Source: an uncultured Planctomycetia bacterium
GTDB lineage: Bacteria > Omnitrophota > Gorgyraeia > JABMRG01
Assembly: GCA_964634945.1 (NCBI GenBank)
Contig: CAZWMG010000002.1
Location: 38,661 to 102,660, forward strand
DNA: 64,000 nt
Direction of reading: 5' to 3'
Position numbers and translations under genes: made by a program. The notes beneath the pieces are model-generated. The model was not told the origin of the DNA and did no database searches. It saw only the letters and a list, made by a program, of their open reading frames with translations. This document shows, piece by piece, positions 58,563 to 64,000 of this stretch. Within the stretch, counting starts at the first letter, position 1; the number at the start of each line of letters is the position of its first letter.

Positions 58563-59984
58563 ATGAGTATCTTTAAATTCAGGTTTGGAAAGAACAAGCC
58601 CGAGGACTCCCCTGGTGCGGGCAAGGACCCTGTATCTGAAAATAGTAAAGATGAAAAACCAAAGGAACCTGCAAAGGGCATGTTTAAGAAACCTGAGAAA
58701 AAGAACAACATGGCTGATCAGATGAAAAATATTATAAAGAAAAAACCAACGGCCTTTACCACTGCCAAAGAAAGATCATTACTGCGGCCTGTTATGCTTA
58801 TGCTGACAGTTCTTATATGTCTTGCCGCTCTTGGCCTTATGTTAGGCCCGAAATACGCCCCTGAACTTATGGACAGAATAGGCGCTACAAAGATTATTGA
58901 AAAGATACCTTTTTTAAGGCAAGAACCTGAGGAAGAGCTTCTGATGCCTGAGGAAGAGGTTGTAGAGGAACTTGTAACGGTTAGAACATATCGTGCTATA
59001 AGAGGGGATTTTGTAGATATTTTACCCGGCATGGGTACTATAAAAGGCGATAGAGAAGTGAATCTAAGATTCTCTGTTAATGGGATAATTGATTCTATCA
59101 ATTTCTTTGAAGGCGATCTATTAAGAAGAGGCGATATTGTAGCGACACTTGATCAGAAGGACGCGTTATTGAAGCTCGAATATTCAAAGAGCAAACATAA
59201 GACACAGCAGATATCCGAAGAGGCGTCAAAAAAGAGGCTCGAGATGAATCAGGCACTTTTCGCGGACGGCATAATAATAAAACCAAAATTGGATGAGGTG
59301 CAGTTTGAGTACGAAAGCGTTAAGTCCCAGACCAAGTCCGCGCAAAAGGAGGTAGAATTTGCCTTAGCGGAGCTGGATAAGACCTATCTCTACTCACCCA
59401 TAGACAGTGTAATGGGTACTCGAGATGTGGAGGTCGGCGAGTTTGTAACATCTAATGTTAAGGTAGCTTCTCTTTACGATACATCTACAGTAATAGCGGA
59501 GATGGGCGTTATAGAGAAAGATATAAACAGGATCGCGCTTGGACAGAAGGCCAAGGTAACTGTTGATACGTATCCTGGTGTGGAATTTGAAGGAGAGATC
59601 GAAAATATAGCGCCTATAATAGAGGGAAAATCAAGGACCTTAACTGTTCAGATAAGGCTGAAGAATAATAATACAAGAGGAACGCTTCTACCCGGGATGT
59701 TCGCCCGGATATGGATATCAGTCTATGAAAAGAAGAATACTATCAAATTACCCACGTCATGTTTTTATGATATTGATAATAATGGTGAGTTCGATTCTAT
59801 ATATGTAGTTGGGGATGAGAATATCGCCAAGGAGACGCAGGTTAAGATAGGATATGTTTCCACGGATTACATGGAAGTAACAGATGGTATGCGGGAGGGC
59901 GAGCAGGCAGTTTCAGAATCTATGGCAGAACTTAGAGACGGTGTTAAAGTCGATGTAATAGAGGTTCAGGAGGCCGCGTTTTAA
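58563..59984 (+). CDS. Efflux RND periplasmic adaptor (membrane fusion protein, HlyD family)
   Basis: Single TM 'LMLTVLICLAALGLML'. Lipoyl/beta-barrel motifs 'GDIVATLD' and 'GQKAKVTVDTYPGVEFEGEI'. Confidence 0.7.
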   Translation: MSIFKFRFGKNKPEDSPGAGKDPVSENSKDEKPKEPAKGMFKKPEKKNNMADQMKNIIKKKPTAFTTAKERSLLRPVMLMLTVLICLAALGLMLGPKYAPELMDRIGATKIIEKIPFLRQEPEEELLMPEEEVVEELVTVRTYRAIRGDFVDILPGMGTIKGDREVNLRFSVNGIIDSINFFEGDLLRRGDIVATLDQKDALLKLEYSKSKHKTQQISEEASKKRLEMNQALFADGIIIKPKLDEVQFEYESVKSQTKSAQKEVEFALAELDKTYLYSPIDSVMGTRDVEVGEFVTSNVKVASLYDTSTVIAEMGVIEKDINRIALGQKAKVTVDTYPGVEFEGEIENIAPIIEGKSRTLTVQIRLKNNNTRGTLLPGMFARIWISVYEKKNTIKLPTSCFYDIDNNGEFDSIYVVGDENIAKETQVKIGYVSTDYMEVTDGMREGEQAVSESMAELRDGVKVDVIEVQEAAF

Positions 59985-60093
59985 TTCGTAGATCGGTTAT
60001 AGGTGTTTGGTTATCGATATATGAAAAAAGGAATAAGGAGCTTTAGCGTATCCGTTGCGCGTTATAGCGTAATCGCGTTTTGAAAATTACTAA

Positions 60094-60127
60094 ATACCTA
60101 AACGCCATAACGCCATAACGCTATAAC
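60094..60127. repeat. Tandem 8-mer repeat (cgccataa x2, cgctataa x2) just upstream of the RND gene start
   Basis: Read directly from the sequence. Confidence 0.5.
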
Positions 60128-60132
60128 GCTAT

Positions 60133-63100
60133 AACGAAATTATGGGATTACCAAGTTTTTCTATAAGAAGGCCGGTTACGGTTGTAATGTTTTTCCTAGG
60201 TATTGTGCTTTTTGGCCTGATATCATGGACAAGACTTCAGCAGGAACTATACCCACCCATTACATACCCCCAGCTTAGCGTAGTTACATATTATAAAGAT
60301 GCCGCCCCTGAAGAGATGGAGATACTGATTACCAAGCCTGTTGAAGAGGCGGTTGGTACCGTCAGCGGCGTCAGGCGCATAAGTTCCATATCAAAAGAGG
60401 AGACATCCCTCGTTATCGCTGAGTTTAGTTGGGGTACGAATATGGATTTTGCGGCATTGGGCGTACGTGAGAAGATAGATCTTATAAAAGAGAGCCTGCC
60501 CCGTGGATCAGAAGACCCTATTGTAATTAAATTCAATCCTTTTGAACTTCCCCTTATGGTCTTAAATATTACCGCTGATAAGATAAGTGCCGCGGAATTA
60601 CGAAGAACCGTTAATAAGATAATAAAGAATGAGATAGAAAAGGCAAATGGCGTAGCTGCCGCTAATATAACAGGTGGTCGCATACCTGAGGTACTTATTG
60701 AGATAGACCAGGATAAGCTTATGTCCAAACAACTGGTGCTTAATAAGGTAGTGGAATTGATAAGTAAGTCCAATCTTAATTATCCCGCCGGTACCATAGA
60801 GGAGAGTTTTTACGAATATCTTATAAGGACCATAGGTGAGTTCAAGGTTACAGGAGAGATAGATGATATTGTCGTAGGCCTTGATGACAGAAATAAAAAG
60901 AGTGAATATACTGAATTTGGGCTTGAAGACCAGATGGAGAAAGAGGCAAGGGCAACGCCTGATACCAGGCTTATCTTTCTTAAAGAGGTAGCAAGCGTAA
61001 AAGAGGCGTTTAAGGACAAGACATCGGTATCCCGTTTTAATAATCAGGACAATATATCAGTAGCTGTCCAAAAACAGGCCGATGCCAATACCCTTGAAGT
61101 CGCAAACCACGTAAAAGATATACTCAAGCGCCTAAAAAAGGTCTTGCCTAAGGACATCAATATAAATATAGTCGCTGATCAGTCAACAGCGATAAAGGCC
61201 AATATACAAGGCGTTCGTGACGCTGCGCTCCAAGGGGGGCTTCTCGCTTTTCTAGTACTTTTATTTTTTCTGGGCAATGTAAGAAGCGCGGCGATAGTGG
61301 CGCTTAATATACCGATATCTATGATGGTTGTATTTGCCCTTATGTACTTAAGCGGCATAACAATAAACATGATATCTTTAGGCGGCCTGGCACTTGGCGT
61401 AGGCATGCTGGTGGATAATGGTATAGTTGTAATAGAAAATATATATAGGCACCGCCAGGAAGAGAAGATGGGCCTTAAAAAGGCTAGCATATGCGGCGCG
61501 ACAGAGGTAAGTGGCGCTATTACGGGTTCAACCCTTACAACTATAGCTGTCTTTCTTCCTATGATATTTGTAGTAGGTATAGCGGGCCAGATATGTAAAG
61601 ACTTGGCTTTTACAGTAACATTCTCTCTATTGGGTTCATTGATAGCGGCATTGACATTGATACCTATATTGAGCTCTAAGGTGCGCAACATACCGACAGT
61701 AGTTGTTGAGGATGAAAAGGGCCTGGCAGGTATGTTGTTAGGCCCCCTGCAGGCCTTTACGCAGAACACACTTACCTTTTTCATCAATCATAAATCCGCC
61801 TGTCTGGGCATAGTGCTTCTTGTCTTTCTAGGCACCTGTTTATTATTTCCTGTACTTGATACAGAGCTTCTGCCAAGGGTCGATCAGGGTGAGTTTACAA
61901 TAAAATTGGAATTACCACCGGGAACAAAACTTGATTTTACAGATAGTATAGCAAAAAGGATAGAATCGTATCTTTTTGAGCTTAAGGATATAAAAAGCGT
62001 AACAGTAAATATAGGTTCAACAAAAGAAAAGAAGGGGACAGCGCTTCTTGAGACCATGGGCCCTAATCAAGCTCAAATAATAGTTAACTTAAAGCCCAAG
62101 GCGAGATTAGGGAGATTGGGCGAAGGTTATCGCATAGCCTCTGCTTCAGATGTCTTGCAAAAGATAAAGAAACAGCTAGGCCCTGAAGATCTCGGGGGCG
62201 CTAGTGTAGAATATATACTTCAGGAATCTGTATTCAAGTCCGCTTTTCAAGCAGATGCCGCGGTTGTTATAGATGTAAAGGGACAGGAGATTAGGAAATT
62301 GCGCAGCATCACAAAGGATGTAGAAGCGCGTCTGAGTAAGATACCCGGAATATATAGCATAAGAGATACTATGGTAGCGCCTTCTCCGGAAGTAAAGGTA
62401 AATGTATTTAAGGATAAGGCAGCGACATTTAATCTTGCGGTAAGTGACATAGCCCTTATTGCCCAAACCGCTGTAAAAGGCTTTGTAACAACAAAATTCA
62501 AAAGAGAAGGTGAGGAGATAGATGTAAGGGTGCGCCTGCAGAAGTCCGATCGTGATAATAAGGCGAGGGTCAGAAGGTTGCAGATACACTCGCCTCTAGG
62601 TATAGATGTGCCACTCGCGGAACTTGCCTATTTTAGTACCGGAACAGGACCGAGTGAGATAAAACGGCAGGATCAGGAGAGGGTTGTTGTGGTCACGGCC
62701 TCTATTTTAGATAGGTCATTTAAGGATGTGTCAATTGAGATCATTTCCATGCTTAAGACGTTGAAACTCGAGCGTGGTTATTCAGCGGAACTTACAGGAG
62801 AGAGGGAGCAGATACAGGAGTCTTTCACAAGTCTGCAAATGGCGCTTATCTTGTCAATACTGCTCGTCTTTATGATAATGGCGTCCCAGTTTGAATCTTT
62901 GTGGCAGCCGTTTGTCATACTCTTTACTATCCCGCTTTCGATTATCGGTGTTGTATTGATCCTTTTATTGACGAATACGCCACTTAGTGTAATGGTAATC
63001 TTAGGGGTGATAGTGTTAGGAGGTATAGTTGTAAATAATGGTATCGTTCTTATTGATTATACTAATATATTAAGAAAGCAGGGCCTAAGCGCGTCTGATG

Positions 63101-64000
63101 CGGTCCTTACAGCGAGCCGTAGGCGCTTAAGGCCTATAGTCATGACAGCTCTTACCACTATATTAGGCCTAGTGCCTTTGGCATTGGCATTGAATGAAGG
63201 CGCGCAGTTGCAACAGCCTATGGCAATAGCTGTTATCGGTGGGTTAGCGGTCTCTACCTTTCTCTCACTTATTATAATACCGACTATATACCTAGGGCTT
63301 GAAGATATAATTCAGTTTCTTAAGAATAAAATGCATTCTGATAAACCGGAAAAACAGGACAATGAACAGAGGGTTGAGTCTTTGACGCGAGAGCGCAAAG
63401 ATATATTAAGCAACAAGCCTGAGCCGGAAAAATCCGCAGCAGCCCTGGGAAAAACAGAGGAACCTGTTGCTGACAATGAAAAAGAGATGAAAATAGAATA
63501 CGAAGATGATTTAGGAAAACCTAAAAAAACACAAGAGACAAGAGACAAGGCACGGGTCAAAGAAGAGCATACGCAGAAGGATATTCCACCAAGCCTTAAA
63601 AAGCCAGAGAGATCCACAAATGAGGGAAGATATATAGATCTGCCTAAATCGGATGAGGCAGAAGAGGCAGGGCGTAAGAGAGAAGAGACTATTGAGTTAC
63701 CTCAACTTCCCGAAGAGACAAAGCCCGATACTGGTCCAGATAATGATTCTGTTAAATCGGATAAGCCAAAGGATGATAAAGGCAAGCCAGCAGATAGCAA
63801 AAAAGAAGTAAAACCTTTAAAGGACCCATTGATAATATCACCTGATGACACACACAGAGGCCATATATCACTTACTATATGGAATAAATTATCAGATAGG
63901 CATAAGGGCCTTATAAGTTATCTAAGAGAAAACAATAGGATTACAAGAAAAGAGTATTCTGAAAAGTTTAGTGTTTCTGTTCCCACAGCATCGCGTGACC
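60133..64000 (+). CDS. RND efflux permease (AcrB/HAE1 family). The canonical 12-TM core ends near 63300, but the ORF stays open to the window end through a charged tail and an HTH-like segment. 3'-partial.
   Basis: N-terminus 'MGLPSFSIRRPVTVVMFFLGIVLFGLISWTRLQQELYPPITYPQLSVVTYYKDAAPEEME'. No + strand stop up to 64000, consistent with the absence of any listed + ORF after 59984. Confidence 0.8.

Overview
The window is AT-rich bacterial chromosomal DNA, and every confident CDS except one lies on the + strand. From 5' to 3' it contains:

- **Metallocluster-handling cluster (14-5247).** DUF5320, two NifX/NifB-like domain proteins, a 55-aa 2x[4Fe-4S] ferredoxin, two MinD/ParA-type ATPases with inserted ferredoxin domains, a DUF89/ARMT1-like protein, a SAM methyltransferase and a frameshifted MBL-fold hydrolase.
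- **RelA/SpoT-family alarmone synthetase** with a degenerate HD motif, an N-terminal hydrophobic segment and a lysine-rich insert.
- **Fused pabB-pabC gene** flanked by two paralogous secreted proteins (tentatively DUF3108-like).
- **~11.7-kb integrative island (11649-23305)** inserted at tRNA-Ser(GGA); a 17-bp copy of the tRNA 3' end forms the far boundary. Cargo: tyrosine integrase, a possible AbiV/HEPN-like protein, a K+-channel-pore membrane protein, a Nudix hydrolase, SpoVG, an excisionase-like HTH, a HigB/HigA-type toxin-antitoxin pair and a class-3 lipase.
- **Housekeeping and secreted-enzyme stretch.** AAA ATPase, GIY-YIG nuclease, a two-component system (PAS histidine kinase, FixJ/LuxR regulator, stand-alone REC), isochorismatase-family hydrolase, DUF1254/DUF1214 protein, patatin lipoprotein, SYLF-domain protein and rubrerythrin.
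- **CsoR copper-repressor locus.** A palindromic operator overlaps the promoter, and an unannotated 42-aa secreted Cys-rich peptide sits immediately downstream.
- **Further genes up to 44291.** An ion-channel gene on the - strand, an arsC gene interrupted by an in-frame TAG, a DEAD-box helicase, a B12-binding radical SAM enzyme and a proline iminopeptidase.
- **Giant 2610-aa ORF (44685-52517)**, the most striking element. It embeds a complete PEP-synthase-like phosphotransferase core (nucleotide-binding N-domain, phosphohistidine swivel domain, TIM-barrel with the 'NGTNDLTQ' motif) between a ~460-aa N-terminal extension with a hydrophobic leader and a ~1200-aa C-terminal region of degenerate repeats of the barrel's last strands. 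It is bracketed by two near-identical 22-24-bp perfect hairpins that differ by a compensatory base-pair change, and followed by tRNA-Glu(CTC) with a nearby 16-bp copy of its own 3' end.
- **3' end of the window.** A signal-peptide methyltransferase, a ROK regulator and an efflux operon: a TolC-like outer-membrane factor with N-terminal AMIN-like domains, a membrane-fusion protein, and an RND permease whose ORF continues more than 230 codons past the canonical C-terminus into a charged tail ending in an HTH-like segment at the window edge.

All functional calls rest on motifs read directly from the translations; none has been checked by database search.
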